Made by a program: the position numbers and the translations under genes
Assembly: GCF_036971445.1 (NCBI RefSeq)
Contig: NW_027211801.1
Coordinates: forward strand, 682,001 to 746,000
Direction of reading: 5' to 3'
Length of the DNA stretch: 64,000 nt
Source of the DNA: Narcine bancroftii
Lineage: Eukaryota
Notes under the pieces: model-generated
What the model was told of the DNA's origin: nothing
The model's input: only the letters and a program-made list of their open reading frames with translations
The model's database searches: none
Shown: piece by piece, positions 13,101 to 26,173 of the stretch
Layout of the letters: each line of letters starts with the position of its first letter
Numbering within the stretch: position 1 is the stretch's first letter

Positions 13101-13956
13101 GGGGATCGAGCCTATTATCACCATGGCCTATTATCTGTAGGCCAATGAGCTGGTCAAGCATCTGCACCACCAACTTAAGTCAGCACTTATGGCCAACCTC
13201 ACCGGTCCCGACTGGGTGGACGAACTGCCTTGGGTACACCTGGGCATTTGCTCCACACCCAGGGAGGATCTGCAGGTATTATCAGATGAGCTGGTCTACA
13301 GCGCACCGCTGGCACTTCCTGTTGAGTTAACAACCCCCAGCGGTCACCGCATGAGCTGCTTCCCCACCTCCGGGCCCGTATGGACTCCTTGGCAACCCCA
13401 CAGCCACCCATGCATGGCACATGGCCATCTCATGTCCCAAGTGAGCTGCTTTCCTCAGAATATGTTTTTATACGGCAGGGCCCATCCGCGGCACCTCTGT
13501 AGAGACCTTACGAGGGGCCATACAAGGTTGTCCAGCATTCAGGGTCTACATTCACACTGGACATAGGCAGCAGGCGGAAACTGTTTACTGTGGACAGGCT
13601 GAAGCCAGTGCACCTTGACTCCACCGAACAAGTGATAGTGGCCCTGCCAAAGAAGCGAGGCCACCCAGCTAAAAAGGACATTGGTGCCGGTTCTGGGGGG
13701 GGGGGGGGGCTTGTAATCCACAGGAGGGGAAGTCAGCCAAAATGGCGCAGTCAGGGGTTCCCCTTCTTCTCAGCACAGGGCTCAGAACCCCGCGCTTGGG
13801 GACCAGGTGACGTCAGCGCCCCCCAGCACGGTTCTCAGTCAGATCCAGCCTTGGCGTATAAGTCCAGCCCAGCACGCTGCAATAAATCAGTTTTGCTCAC
13901 TGAGCTCAATCGGTCTGGTTGTGTGTTCTTTCAATTGCAGTGTATCTCCCGCTTCA
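10103..13956 (+). mobile_element. Gypsy LTR retrotransposon (CsRn1-like clade), internally deleted and degenerate
   Basis: LTRs 10103-10366 and 13712-13956 (TGTAATCCAC start); PBS TGGTGACCCCAAC at 10369; poly-G PPT; gag KLPEFW; RT PCGDYR and FSKVDL; RNase H DAS; integrase HIHVDIVGPLP. Confidence 0.9.
10831..11522 (-). mobile_element. Solo LTR (692 bp) inserted in the Gypsy RT
   Basis: TG...CA termini; 4-bp TSD ACCT; TATAAAA and AATAAA on the minus strand; removing it restores FSKVDLVHGYH. Confidence 0.9.
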
Positions 13957-13959
13957 TCG

Positions 13960-15030
13960 AAATAATAGTGTAAATTCTGCGGGATTTTAACTTCCAAGAT
14001 ATTAACTGGAACCCCCCTTACCGCAAGAGGGATAGACAGGTCACAATTTCTGAAGTGTATATAATATATGTGACCCAGCCAACTTGAGGAGAGGCCGCAC
14101 TGGATCTAGTACTTGGTATGAACCTGCTCAGGTGACAGACCTGGATGTATCGGACCATTTCGTTGAAAGCCATCATAACTCTCTGACCAATAATGGAAGT
14201 ATGGACACAGATAGGAGTAGGCAACTTTAAATATTCCCTATGCGATAGGTGGTCTGTGATTATTATGGGATTGCATAAGGTGGTGTGTGGGTGGAAAGAA
14301 AATGGTTAAGAACTACTGTTGCAATTGACCCTAATTGACTCGTTATGTGCAGGTTTCAAAAGTCTGAAGGAAAGGAGTTGATGACAATTTTTAACACAAA
14401 TTATTTAAGTGACAAATGGGTCTGGAGCAGTGATTTTCTACTTTCCCTTCGCAATCACATGCCATCTTAAGCAATCCCTTACTGAGGGAGTGATGGCATA
14501 GGGATTCCTTAAAGTGGGATGCGAGTGAAAATATAAGGGTTTTGAACCACTGGATGAGACCAAATGTAAAGTGAGTAATGTGGCAATGAACATGATAAGC
14601 AGGAGTTCAGAAGTGTACATTGGGAATGGATGTGCTCGGCTATAAAGCATCGACGTAATGAGGTGGAGGTTTAGGGATCACTTGCACAGAGTTTGTTCCA
14701 CTGAGACAGGGAAAGAGGTCATGATAAGGAGACCGTGAATAACCATACAGGTGAGACAGTGTGAAGAGGAAGCATGGAGAAGGTTTAGGAAGCTAAAGGC
14801 AGGAAGGGTTCATGAGAAGTATATGGAAGAGAGGAAAGAAGAGAGGAATGGATTTAGGAGAGCTGGAAGGGGACAGGAGAAGGCCTTGATATGTAGGAGG
14901 ATGGCAGGTGTTCTATACCTATACCTAGAATATATATTCTAGAACAGAATGATGACATGAGTGAAGTGAGGGCTGCTTAAGGATGAAGTGGGCCACATGT
15001 GCCTTATTGGAGAAGAGGCTAGTCAGTTCC
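13960..15030 (+). mobile_element. CR1 ORF2 fragments
   Basis: GDFNF.DINW, QPT.GEAALDLVL and SHHNSL remnants. Confidence 0.65.
14428..14552. mobile_element. Probable hAT/Charlie-type MITE (related partial copy at about 14230-14318)
   Basis: Imperfect terminal inverted repeats CAGTGATTTT / TTTGAACCACTG; no clear 8-bp TSD. Confidence 0.4.
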
Positions 15031-16143
15031 TGGATCAGGGGAGGCTAAAATACTGCCCGCTCACCTTCGGGTAACTCAGCCAGTTTCCCATCTTCTCCCC
15101 TGTGAGGTTCTGGCTTTCTCTCCTGAGTAAAAATAGTTCCTGAATCTTCATGCTTTATGGATAATAACCCTACAGCAGATCCACAGTAAGTGGATGTTAT
15201 AACAGGGCTGTTCTATTAAAGGCTATTGATTTGTTTTAATTGAATCTTTCAACTGAGAGTAATTATAAGCTGACATATATTGCAGATTTAGGTCTGGATT
15301 TCCACAAGTTTACCTGAGCAGTGGCTGGATTTGATGGCTCTGGAGAAGAGTAATTCTTGAGGAACATTGGTAAATGGACACGGATGTGATCTTGCCCAAA
15401 TGGTGGAAATTCACTGTCAAATTTTTCAAAATTCACATGTGGCTATTTTTAAATAAAAGGAATAATTGACTGGAAACATGAAATGGAGCGTGGTGAAATC
15501 TGCTCCCCCTGTGCATCTGGACTCTCAATCAACTTCACCACTGATGCTGGATTTATCCATCTGTCCAGGTGGTGACCCTCCATAATGATCTTTCTCGCTG
15601 ACATTTGTGGATGCAAACCACGGGGCGCTGAGGAGACATCAGAAATGGTTTCTCTGCATGTCACCTTGAGAAGCAGGGAGATGTAGGGAGATGTTCATAC
15701 CATATTCAAACAGGGACAAGAGAGAAAACAGTTATTCGAGATCAGTCAAAGAAAAGGGCAACACGGGAAAGATTGGAGTCTTCACATGTACTCATGGTCA
15801 ACAAGGATGGTCATGTCCATCTGCAGAACAGTAGCCGCTGCAGGACCGAACGGTCGGGAGATGTGAAGGAGTGTTTGTGAAAATGATTGGGCATTAACCT
15901 GGGATGGGTGAGGGGAGGAAATGAACACAGGGTAATGTGGATTGATTATCGTATGATCATTGATATTTCCATCTCTTCCATGATGAGGTAAAATCTCTCC
16001 TTTACTGTGACAGGATACAAATCCCTCGCTGCTGTGAAAGAACCATCACATCATTCGGAGGAATGTGAGCACAAACAATGCTTTCGGAAAACATTCCTCT
16101 CATCGATTTGTGAAGGGAAAAAGGAGCAAAGCGTTCGCCACCT

Positions 16144-18063
16144 TCACCTGCCCGATGAGCTGGACCTGGATATTTGGAAAAGCCAGTGAGCGGGAGAGAG
16201 AACAACAGCCTTCAGCTGCTCGCAGAATTTGGTTGGGACCCTCCGGAAATCAACGTGTTGGTGCAGCAAGAGAAAAGCTGAATCACGACCACCCCCCCAC
16301 CTCTTCCCTTCCCCAGTAAAGGCCGATGGACGTCTCCAAGCCTCAGGTGAAGACAGTGTGTGGGGATGAAGACCACGGAGGTGGTCGCCCAGCAGAGAAG
16401 GAAACTCGCCGACAGTTGGAGGAGCAGAATGATGGATTGTCTCCGGCTCCCCATCTCGGGACCCCGCTGCTTCTCGCCATTTCTTTGCCACCTGAGCCCG
16501 TGGCGGACCCGACTCGACGCCACGATCTGCCTCGCCGTCAATGCATTGAAGGGCAAAATGACTCAAGGAACCCCAGGGTTCAACAGCTGATCTCTCCAGT
16601 AAAACCAATTCAATGCTGACGACCAGGCGATCAGGGTTCTCCCCAAACCAATCCATGGATCGCGAAAGTCCTCCGATCTCGTGTGCAGATCGAGGAAATA
16701 TAACGGGCCGTTCTTCAGACAGAATCCACAGCAGATTGTGCCGATAACCCACCCGCAACCCCTGGAGTCCAATACTTTCTCTTCAACTCAGTGCAGCCAA
16801 TGAACACATATCGATCCAAGGGAAAACCCCCGTAAACCCCACAGAAACCTCACCCACCAAAGGACATCAAGTCTAGTGGACAAGGCCATATGGAGCTCTG
16901 GTGGCGTCGGTCTGAATGGGAGAAAAGATTCGGAATTCCTCTCCCAGCCGGATATGGAGAGAGCAACGATCTGGGAGAAGATTAATTCAATCACCAGCTG
17001 CATGAGATCCGCTGCCGCCATCGCCAGCAGGTAGCGGGTGATGCCCTTGGAGAGAGCGCAGTTCCCTCGGCAGAGAATGACACAGCCAGCAGGTTAACGA
17101 GGAAAACAACCCAGGGGGAACAGAGTGACCCTTCATTGAAATGGTCAATATTTTCCTGAAGAAATAAATATTGTTCCTGGGATCTCGCGGACACTTTCAT
17201 CCCATCCTTTTCAAACGAGAAGTTGGGTTTCAGTCACCTGGTGACTAGGAACTATGTTGCACCGACATTCCACTCCTTCCAACTGAACAGAGTCGTCACT
17301 CCAAATGTTCGGGTCAAGGACTGATGCCGATCTGTTGACTGAGATTTCCATATCTTCAGCACGTCCATTGGGTTCGGGTTCCCGTGACCAGGCTCCTGCT
17401 GAATATGGGCAGAAACACACCTATTTTCCCTCAACTTTGTTTTAATGGGGACAATCTCATGGATCAACTGAGCTGGTTTATTGATGAATCTGAGCCAGAT
17501 GGACAGTGTTTCATGTAAATCGCTTTCTATCTTCAGTCATTGGGCTGGTGGTGGGGAACATGCTCTTGTGAAGGGCCAAACCAGGAGACCTTGTCAATCC
17601 TTTGAGGGAACTCGGTGAATTTTCACTATGATCAAGGTATGTACGAGCGCAAGAATTAATTGGAGGAGCAAATCATTGAGACAAGTGATTCAATGGGAAC
17701 TTGAAATATTTTTTTACGACAATTCTCAAAGGGAATGTCCTGAAACCTGTAATGAAATATCTGGTTCCATGTGAGCTTCGCCCACTGCTCGTCGATTGGC
17801 CAAAGTTATTTGGAGAATTTCTCAGTCTGCTTCCCAATGTCAGAAATAGTTGAACGTCATAGTGAAAAGAGCAAATGGTCACCTGCTGGTGCATTAAATA
17901 GGCCACACCAAGGACTAGTGGAAATAATTAAATCCGACCGAGCGGGGATCGCCAGTTTCAAGCTAACGTCTCCAATCCCATCAATGAACCTGTGGTGGAA
18001 AATACTTACCAGGGACGCCGATGGCAGCAATGAGTGGGCACACACTTCCCCAATGGATTTCAT
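16144..18063 (-). pseudogene. GPR139-like class A GPCR pseudogene, two exons (exon 1 about 18063-18010, exon 2 17097-16144)
   Basis: Exon 1 ..PLIAAIGVP G|gtaagt. Exon 2 VNLLA.VILCRGNCALSKGITRYLLAMAAADL, LDRY, VIGTICCGFCLKNGPLYF, NALTARQIVASSRVRHGLR...PEMGSRRQSIILL, QLFSCCTN, TKFCEQLK. Several frameshifts, a stop, and acceptor AG changed to CG. Confidence 0.88.
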
Positions 18064-18375
18064 AGAATTACGCTGCTCGATTCTTCCTGATGACCAACGG
18101 CTGCAGGTGTTATTTCTGATGGAACTCGAACTCTTCAAAATATATACAATGAAAAAGTGACCCCGTCCCACATTAGCTGCAAAGAAAGAGCAGAAACAAT
18201 CTTTTATAAATTCAAACGGACATCAGTATTTTCCCATTCTCCGCTTCCTTTTTCAAGAACGCGGTTCCGAGATTGTCCGCACGACCGTTCAGTCCGAAGT
18301 TCTCTTCCCATTCTGATATCCCGGTTATTTATCGATGAATCAGTGACCCGATGAAGCAAATAATTTCACATTAAT

Positions 18376-19325
18376 TGTTACGAGCCCAAAGGACCCCAAA
18401 ACCCAGCAGCAACAGACATTCACCAAGACGAGTGGTTTTTGTAAAACAAAAGTTGTATTTAATCAACTTTAAACATGAAAACTGAATCATGAAAACAGAA
18501 TCAAACTTTAACTTATCTCTCGACTTAACCTACCCATCTTAACTCCCTTCTAATTCTAAGCACATGTGTATATAATGTGTGTGTAAATTTAAGAAAATTC
18601 TTTGGTTTACAGTTCATTCCCACTTCTCCTTCTTTCAAGTTCACTCCTTGCAAGCCATTCTTATACTGTGCACAGCATTTAACATGTATAACGTTCACCA
18701 GGCTTTGGGCTCAAAAGGTAAATGTTTACCGCTCAGGAAGGTTCTTTAGGTTTGCAGAGAGAGATGTGTTGTTCCGGGATTTCCACAACTGAGGAACTTC
18801 AGTGTCTTGCTGATGAAACTTGCCCCATTAGGGTTTTCCACAAGGGAACCTCTTTCTTCAGGCTACCACACAGTTTCTTTCTGTTCCATTCATTCCACGA
18901 GAAACAGCAGACAGATAGCACCTCCAGCCATCCACTGCTCTGGAACGTTCTGTTTCCAACCATCTCCTCCTGGCTTGTTTAAGCCGTGACTGTTCAGTCT
19001 CTTTTCAGTGTCACACACGAGCTGAGAGGGCTTGTCTTCTCTCCCTCTCCCTCTCTCCAATTGAGACTGCCAGAAAGCCTATGTGACTGTCATTACAACC
19101 CCAGCAAACACCAGGAGTTCTTCTCCTTGGTCAAGCTGTTGATAAACACAACCCAGAGGGGATCTTTCTGTGAGCGCACTGTCAGTACTTTAAACAGCCA
19201 GTTTGTCTCCTCCAAACAATGGTCATTCATTTCATTGCGTCATTTCAATTCGCACTGACTTGTGAAATGTGAATAAAAGTCTCCAAAAGATCCTCCAATG
19301 TTACTGAATTTGAATTCTTCCGTAT
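18376..19325 (-). mobile_element. LTR (solo or truncated), related to 52366-53082
   Basis: Begins TGTTACGAGCCCAAAGGACCCCAAAACCCAGCAGC; first ~350 bp similar to the LTR at 52366; right boundary uncertain. Confidence 0.7.
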
Positions 19326-19429
19326 GAGTGTGAGTGGATCAGGGGAGGAGAGGGAGTTGGACGCTTTCGCCCACAAATCTCCGGCGAGAAGGCGCTGGGG
19401 CTTTTGGACTGGTTCTCTAAAGCTCATCT

Positions 19430-20680
19430 AATCAGGAATCTGGAATAAAGTCGGCCTGCAGGACCAGGTGATGGGTTAAACCTGCATGGGATGTGAGCAG
19501 GTGGATCATTTGTGGATACGAATGACCACATCGGAAGGAAGTGGTAGTTTCTGGAAGAATAACATTGATGAACTTCACAAACTTTGACTCAAGAGGCTGT
19601 TCCAGATATTTGAATAACTGTCTCAAATTCGGCCAGGGATCGTGGAGAAGACTTGGAGACGGCTAGTGAGGCAGGTAGTGTGATGCAAGGGACGGAGCTG
19701 GAGGAGGGTCCGGCCTTGAACGTGACTCACAGCGACCAGATTCACTGCTTTTGTGTGGATAGGAGTGGTCGGGGCAGGAAGAATAAGCGGCCGATGTGGA
19801 ACACTGTGATTCGGGGAGCCATTCAAGGGGGGAGGGGGGAATAGAAAGAGAGATGTAGTTGTAATTGTGGAGAATACAATAGGGCAACTGAAGCAGCGCT
19901 CTGCGGCAGGGAGAGAGCGTTCGGAAGGCAGTGTTGCCTCCATGGTGCCCTGGTTCGGGACATCTGATCTAACGCACTGAGGAATTTTCAGTTGAAGAGC
20001 AAAGATCCAATGACTGTGAACCATGGGGTCACCAACGACGGAGGAACAGGAACAGAAAGATGATAGTATTTTAGAGAGAAGATCACTTCAGGCAGGCGGA
20101 GGAGGGAGATGGCAGATTCCGGCCGGTCAGGTTCTGCTGCAGAATGAGGCAAAATCTTGAAAACATTCTGTATGGCCCAAAAACAGTGAGGAACCATCGT
20201 GAAGTTGAGCCGGTCAATGAGGCGGGTCTATTTCGCCATCGTAAAGTCTGGAATTGTCTCTTGGGAAGGTTGATCAAATTATGAAAGTGTTTTCCATACA
20301 AATGCATGGGACAAAGTTAAGACTGAAACCAGTGTGGACACGGAAACAAAGACCTTCTACCGGGGATGAGGCTGCACTGAGAAGGGAGGCGACATGGAGC
20401 GAACATGGTGGAACAGTGGAGGATTTGCAACGTGCTTCTCATCAAATGTGTTTTCAAGCTAAATGCAAGGACAGTAAGTGTGAGAACAGATCGCCACGGA
20501 TAACCAGTGAAATAAAGGATGGCATCAAACCAAATCACGTGCGAACAAAGTTGCTAAGAGTCGGAAACCAGAAAATGGGACATCTTTTAGAAGCAACAAA
20601 TATCCCCGAAACAAGCCTGAAGGGGAAGGAAGGCAAGCTAGAAGAGAAGATGAGTACAATCTTTAATAATAGACAGTAAA
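19430..20680 (+). mobile_element. Very degenerate CR1 ORF1/ORF2 remnants
   Basis: Traces of CR1 ORF1 (C.LHGALVRD-like esterase block) and an ORF2 PRIT.EIKD.IK segment. Confidence 0.5.
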
Positions 20681-20840
20681 ATGTTGTTGAGGAGACTGAT
20701 GATGGAGGCGGAGAAGCTGTTCCTGACCCTGGTGCTTGGGGTCTTGTGGTACCTCTTCCATGAGGGCAGCAACGAGAAGAAAGATTGTGAATGATTGCTG
20801 CTGCTCTCCGAATGCAGCATTCCCTGCCGATGTCCACAAT
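20680..20840 (-). mobile_element. Rex1/Babar LINE 3' fragment
   Basis: FSLLPSWKRY...TRVRNSF...ISLLN C-terminal signature. Confidence 0.75.
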
Positions 20841-20949
20841 GGAGCGGATGGCTTTACAAGTGATTCAGTGGCTGTGTCGAAGACATCTCGGGAATAATGA
20901 CTCTCAAAAGCGTCAATTTCCTCGCTCCATCTCTGGTCACCTGGGGCTT

Positions 20950-21690
20950 ATTTTATATTTTATTTATAGATGTTTAAATTACATTAATAGTGACTGACAT
21001 TAAATTATTTTCTAAATGATGCAGGTGATACATATCACGAGCCCAAACCTTCCGTCCCCACCAACCATCCCTCATCCCCATCCCTAAAAAGAAAAGAAAA
21101 AAGCAGAAAGAAACTCTCGAGGATTCTGTGAAAATAAAGGATTTCTACAAGAAGGTCCTTTGAGCATTTGCAAGAAGCGAGTCTACAGAGAGCCAATCAT
21201 AGATGCGAACCAAAATTTTGTAAATATAGGCTCTACATTTTCCCAAATCACATTGTCTATCCCACAGGTGAGAAGTAATTTTTCTCACGGTATAAAACTA
21301 GGAAGTTCTGTATTCCATCTTTCCCTGCTTCAATCTATTTCTGACTTCCACGATATTGCTCTGCATTTCCTAGAAACTGCTAAAGCAATGAACACAAACT
21401 CAAGTTGATTAATATTTAATTTTAATTTTGGCCTTAGAGCCTTAACATTTTTAAGAAAATAACAACAGATCCTCTGTTTATTTGACCCCTGCAATTTGTT
21501 CCAAATATGACCTGCCCATAATCAAAATGGTCCAAATTTAGGACATTGCTAAGTTAAATGTAAAAAAGATGCAAACTCAGAAATACACCTAACACATAGA
21601 TCTGATATGGCAGGATTTAATCTATTTAATTTTTGTGGAGTCAAATATCATTGATGTAAAAATTATATTGAAGCAATCTATACCATTTAA
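20950..21690 (-). mobile_element. L1-clade 3' fragment
   Basis: AT-rich ORF2 tail (IALAVSRKC..SWKS; CIP.EKIT) similar to the other L1 copies. Confidence 0.65.
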
Positions 21691-21695
21691 TTTGA

Positions 21696-24600
21696 ACTGG
21701 CAGGTTGAAATGAAGCCTTGTGAGAGTCCCTCACCTTCCGGCAGGACACTCAGCAGATCAACATCCTCTTTCTCAGCCCTCAGTATCTCTCGCGCGTGCA
21801 GTCCATTAGGTGAGTATTCACCTCTCCATATTACGGATCAGCATGACAGCAACGGTTCACAGTACCGTGATTCGCGCTAGCTCAGCTCACTACACAGCTG
21901 CTACATCAGCCCCCCCCCCCCCCACCAGAATGGTCACCATAAACTAAACCACCAGTTGCGTGTGCCTTAGGTGGATGCTCACATTGTCTGGGCTGGGGAC
22001 ATTGAATGGGTAAAGTGGGATCCACAAGGGCAGGTTTGAGTCTATCTGCACAAAACAGCTGCGAATGCCCCCCAATGTCCAAAGTAAACACAACCCAGTC
22101 CAGTTGGTAGGAACAGGTTTGCTGATAGTCATACCACATCGAAGCTAATGAAAGAAGTACATGTCAGAGTCAGTTGCAAAATGGAACTGTAAGGACTGTA
22201 CCATCAACCATCTCTGCAGATGATGCAGACAAATCCTCCTTTGGGGTCATGTGCAATCCCAGTAGATCTATGGCAACTCATTGACCCAATTGGGACCAGT
22301 GAGACTAGCCTTAAGTGCAGACATCAGTTGCCGATGGGATCATTCCACAAGCCCATTGGACCGTGGATGGTATGCTGAGGTGCAGTGAACATGTGTGCAC
22401 GCAAAAGCAGTCCATAATGCAGAGGTGAATTGTGCTCTGTCGTCTGAAGTTATGTGCATTGGGACACCAAATCTAGCCATCCAATTGATGACAAATGCCC
22501 TAGTATATGTTTTAGTGTCACTGGATGGCAACAGGATGGCCTCTGGCCCACGTGTGAAAAGGTCCACCACTGTTAGAATGTATCTCATGGTTTAAGATAC
22601 TGGCAATGGTCTGATCACTTCCATGTGTACATGATCAAACCTCCTGCATACCACTGGAAAAGACTGAAGAGGAGTATTGGTGAGCCACTGAACTTTGGCC
22701 ATCTGGCAGGAGATGCATGTACGTGCACATTGAGCAAAGTCTTTTTTTAGTCCAGGTCATATACTTGACATGAGCTTGACTGATGTTCTGATGGACAGAT
22801 GGGACAAGCTGTGTATCTGGTCAAAAAGGCGTCACCTCAATGATGTCAGAATCAATGGTCTAATGAAGCCCAAAATCATGTCACAAAGTAGGGTTGGGCT
22901 GCCCCATTTGTGGCACCACCCGTTGTTTGTCCAGGTTAGTAATGGCCATACTGTATGCCTGAACGTTAGTGTCTATGGCCTGTGCTCTGGCTAATTCAGA
23001 AACATCGATTCCATCTTGAATATGATATACAGTCAGTCTGGACAGCATGTCTGCAACGAGATTGTCTTTTCCAGAAATACGACGCACGTCTGTCGTGAAT
23101 TCTGAAACTTACGTTAAATGACGCTGCTGTCTTACCAACCGTGGATCCGTTACTTTGCTGAAGGCAAAAATGAGTGGCTTTTGATCTGTAAACACAGTGA
23201 AATGGCGACCGTCCAAAATATATCGGAAGTGCTGTGTGTCTATATACAATGCCAACAACTTCCAATCATACATACTATATTTCACTTCCGCTGGCCTTAA
23301 ATGTCAACTGAAGGAAGTGAGGGGTTGATAATGGCCATTGTCTTATTACACAAGAACTGCACCCACGGCTGTACTTGAGGCGTCTTTGCTAATCCCAAGG
23401 TAGCCTCAGGATGAGGATGAGCGAGCATTGCTGGTTTAGCCAAAGCTTCTTCGGCAGTCGTAAGTTCAGCCTCCACCTCTGATGTCCAGGTAATGACTCT
23501 GTGCTTGGTGGAGAGGATCTGAAACAGTGGTCAAAGAATGTCAGCAGCTGCAGGAATAAACCGGTGATAAAAGTTTATCAGGCCCAAATATTTCTGCAGT
23601 CCCTTAACCGTGGTAGGTTTGGAAAAAGCACGGACTGGGTCTACCTTGCTGGATAAGGGGAATATACCATCGGCCGTGATCTTGTGTCCTAGGAAGTCGA
23701 TGGTGGATCTGCCAAATTGACATTTGCCAGGGTTGATGGTAAGACCGAATTTCTCCAGCCGTTAGAAAAGGAGATGCAAATTCAGGAGGTGACCTTGCTC
23801 AGTTCCAATGGCCACAAGGATGTCATCCATGTAAATGTTCATAAACTGCGAATCCCTGCCTCAAGCCTCCATAAGCTGCTGGAAGATTTGAGCGGCATTT
23901 TTCAATCCAAACATTATTCTAAGAAATTCAAAAAGCCCGAAAGGGGTAATGATTGTTGTTTTAGGAATGTCATCCTGATGGACTGGTATCTGATGACACC
24001 CCTTAACTAGATCAACTTTGGAAAAAATGTGGCAATTGTGAAGCTGGGCAGCGAAATCCTGTATATGAGGTATCAGGTACCTGTCGGGGGTAGTAACATC
24101 ATTGAGCCAATCGCCACAGGGTCGCCATCCACCTGTCTTCTTGGGTACCAAATGATACTCAACTCCTCTATTGCCTTAAATTCTGCCATTGCCTGCAGCA
24201 GTTTATCAAGTGGAAGACAATGAGCCCTGACATGAATCAGTGGGCCTAAGATGTCTATGTAATGAGACCCACCATGGCCTGTTTTTTGAGGCATTTGATT
24301 TAGGATTGAGAATGTGGGGAAATTCTTTGAGCAGGGCAGCAAAGGCATCTTTGTGCAGCATATGTACCCCGAGCTGGGATACTCTCCCTTTGCTGCATGC
24401 CAGCGGGTATGTCTGAAAAGTGGCGGCATCAACCAATTTCCTCCGTTTTATGTCCACCAGTAAGTCATGGGATTGTAAAATGTCTGCACCCAAAATGGGC
24501 TGAACAACAGAAGCGAAGATGCAATTCCACTGGAATCTGGTCCCTCCTATTCCAATTGTGAGGTGCCAAAGCAGGGAATAATAGTTCCATTTGCCGCTTG

Positions 24601-25608
24601 AAGAACGAAGTGTTGTTTATGTGTTCTTTCAAAATAGATTGGTGGGAGTAAACTAACCTCAGAACCCATGTCTGCAAGAAACCTGCAATTACCAGCGTCG
24701 TCTTGAAGATACAATAGTCCTGTATTAGCGCCAGCTGCCAAGGCCAATTCTGGCAGCCGGCTCTTCAGTTTCCCTACCATTTTCCTGTAATAGGTATATG
24801 GCTGGACACATTTATGGGCATTTTTACCCCAACTGCGATGGTAAAAACTCCATTCATAACGCCCGTCAGCACGTTCCTCCTTCTTTGATTGAACTGCAGG
24901 TACAAAAGGCTTGTCGGACACTGGAGATGTATCTGCTGCCAAAACGGGCCGTATTTGAGCAGACAGTTGTATTGGAGTATGATAGAGCCTGTCAACCTCC
25001 TGTACTATGTCATGGGGTCGGTGGAAATCAATGTTACCGGTGGGTATGGTGACACGAGCTGGGAACTTGGATAGGAATAGAGTTTCAAAGAGCACGCAAT
25101 GAGAATGACCATCGGTTAATGTGAGCATTTCATTCATTAGGTCCGCCGGGAGATTGGCAATAAATTTGCTTACTCGAGAAACGGTAATGGCATCCCACGC
25201 ACCTACGACTTGCCAGAATTTCATATCCTCTGCTGTTATGCCTCAAACAATGGGTTTCAACCTCAATAAGCCATACCCGAGGTAGAGAGATCCAGAAAGG
25301 AGGCAAGTGTAATCCCATTGTGTTTACTCCCGCCGTGGTGGTGGGTGCTGCTTCTGCTGTAGCTGCGTCCATTATAACTGTAGTCTTAAGCTTCAGCTGA
25401 ATCTTGCAGTCGGGTCACCAATTGTAGCGCCTACTGCGGTAGAGCTAATGAAGTAATAGAAAGACAAACACCAGATGAGTCAACTCAAGACTGATTTATT
25501 CAGGGTTTACAGGCTTCTCTTAAATACTGCATGTCCAGGGCTCCATGGGACAAGGCGGGACATCATTTCTGGAAGGCTTTCAATCCATGGGAATGGCAGG
25601 TTTAAATG
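21696..25608 (-). mobile_element. Gypsy LTR retrotransposon (CsRn1-like clade), degenerate, both LTRs partial
   Basis: PBS TGGTGACCCGAC at 25420-25409; poly-G PPT next to TGTAGC at 21905; gag LHLPPFW and FYH...KC..P; protease FLADMGS; RT GGWRPCGD and FSKVDL; integrase LTVVD.FTR.PEA. Confidence 0.9.
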
Positions 25609-25900
25609 GAAATCAATAAGATAGAAAGAGTGCAAAGAAGATTTACTCGGATATTGCCCAGACTTCAGGAACTGAGTTACAGGTAAAGGTTAAACAAGTT
25701 TGGCCTTTATTCCCTGGACTTTAGAAAACGAGGGGAGATTTGATCGAGGTATTTAAAATGATGAGGGGAATAGACAGATTAAATGTAGGTAGGATATTTC
25801 GACTGAAGGTGGGTGAAATAGGGTCCAGAGGACATAGGTTAAGAGTGAATGGGAAAAGGTTCTGGGGAAAAAAATTCAAATGGAGAGTGGTTGTATCATG
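25608..25900 (+). mobile_element. CR1 3' fragment
   Basis: IERVQRRFT and RGDLIEVFK motifs. Confidence 0.8.
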
Positions 25901-26108
25901 TATGTAACCTGAGAACAAATCTGCTTATTTCAGGGAACAACCAGATGGGGTGATTGTCCACCGCTTGGTGTTCTCCTGACACCTCCCCCTCATTGGCACC
26001 CCTTCTGAAACAGAGCCTCCAGAGCTGCTTTGCAGACCGGAGAACCAAAGCGGCTCCGCGTGTTCGAGGAACCCAATCGCGCTGCTTTGTCTTCGCCTGT
26101 CCGGAACG

Positions 26109-26173
26109 ATGGTCTCTGTGCCGCGTCTCCTTTGGTCTCTGATGGTCTGTGTTTCTGATGGTCTGTGTTCCTG
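26109..26173 (+). pseudogene. Ig light-chain leader exon (L1), disabled
   Basis: MVSVPRLLWSLMVCV(P)G; a 16-bp tandem duplication CTGATGGTCTGTGTT(T/C) at 26139-26170 shifts the frame; donor reads ttgaga instead of gtgaga. Confidence 0.8.

Noticed and set aside
15790-15845. Possible additional small minus-strand exon
   Set aside because: The donor would be atgagt and there is no recognisable coding signal.
26028-26035. Possible Ig promoter octamer CTTTGCAG about 80 bp upstream of the leader ATG
   Set aside because: Position fits, but only 6/8 match to ATTTGCAT; too weak to call.
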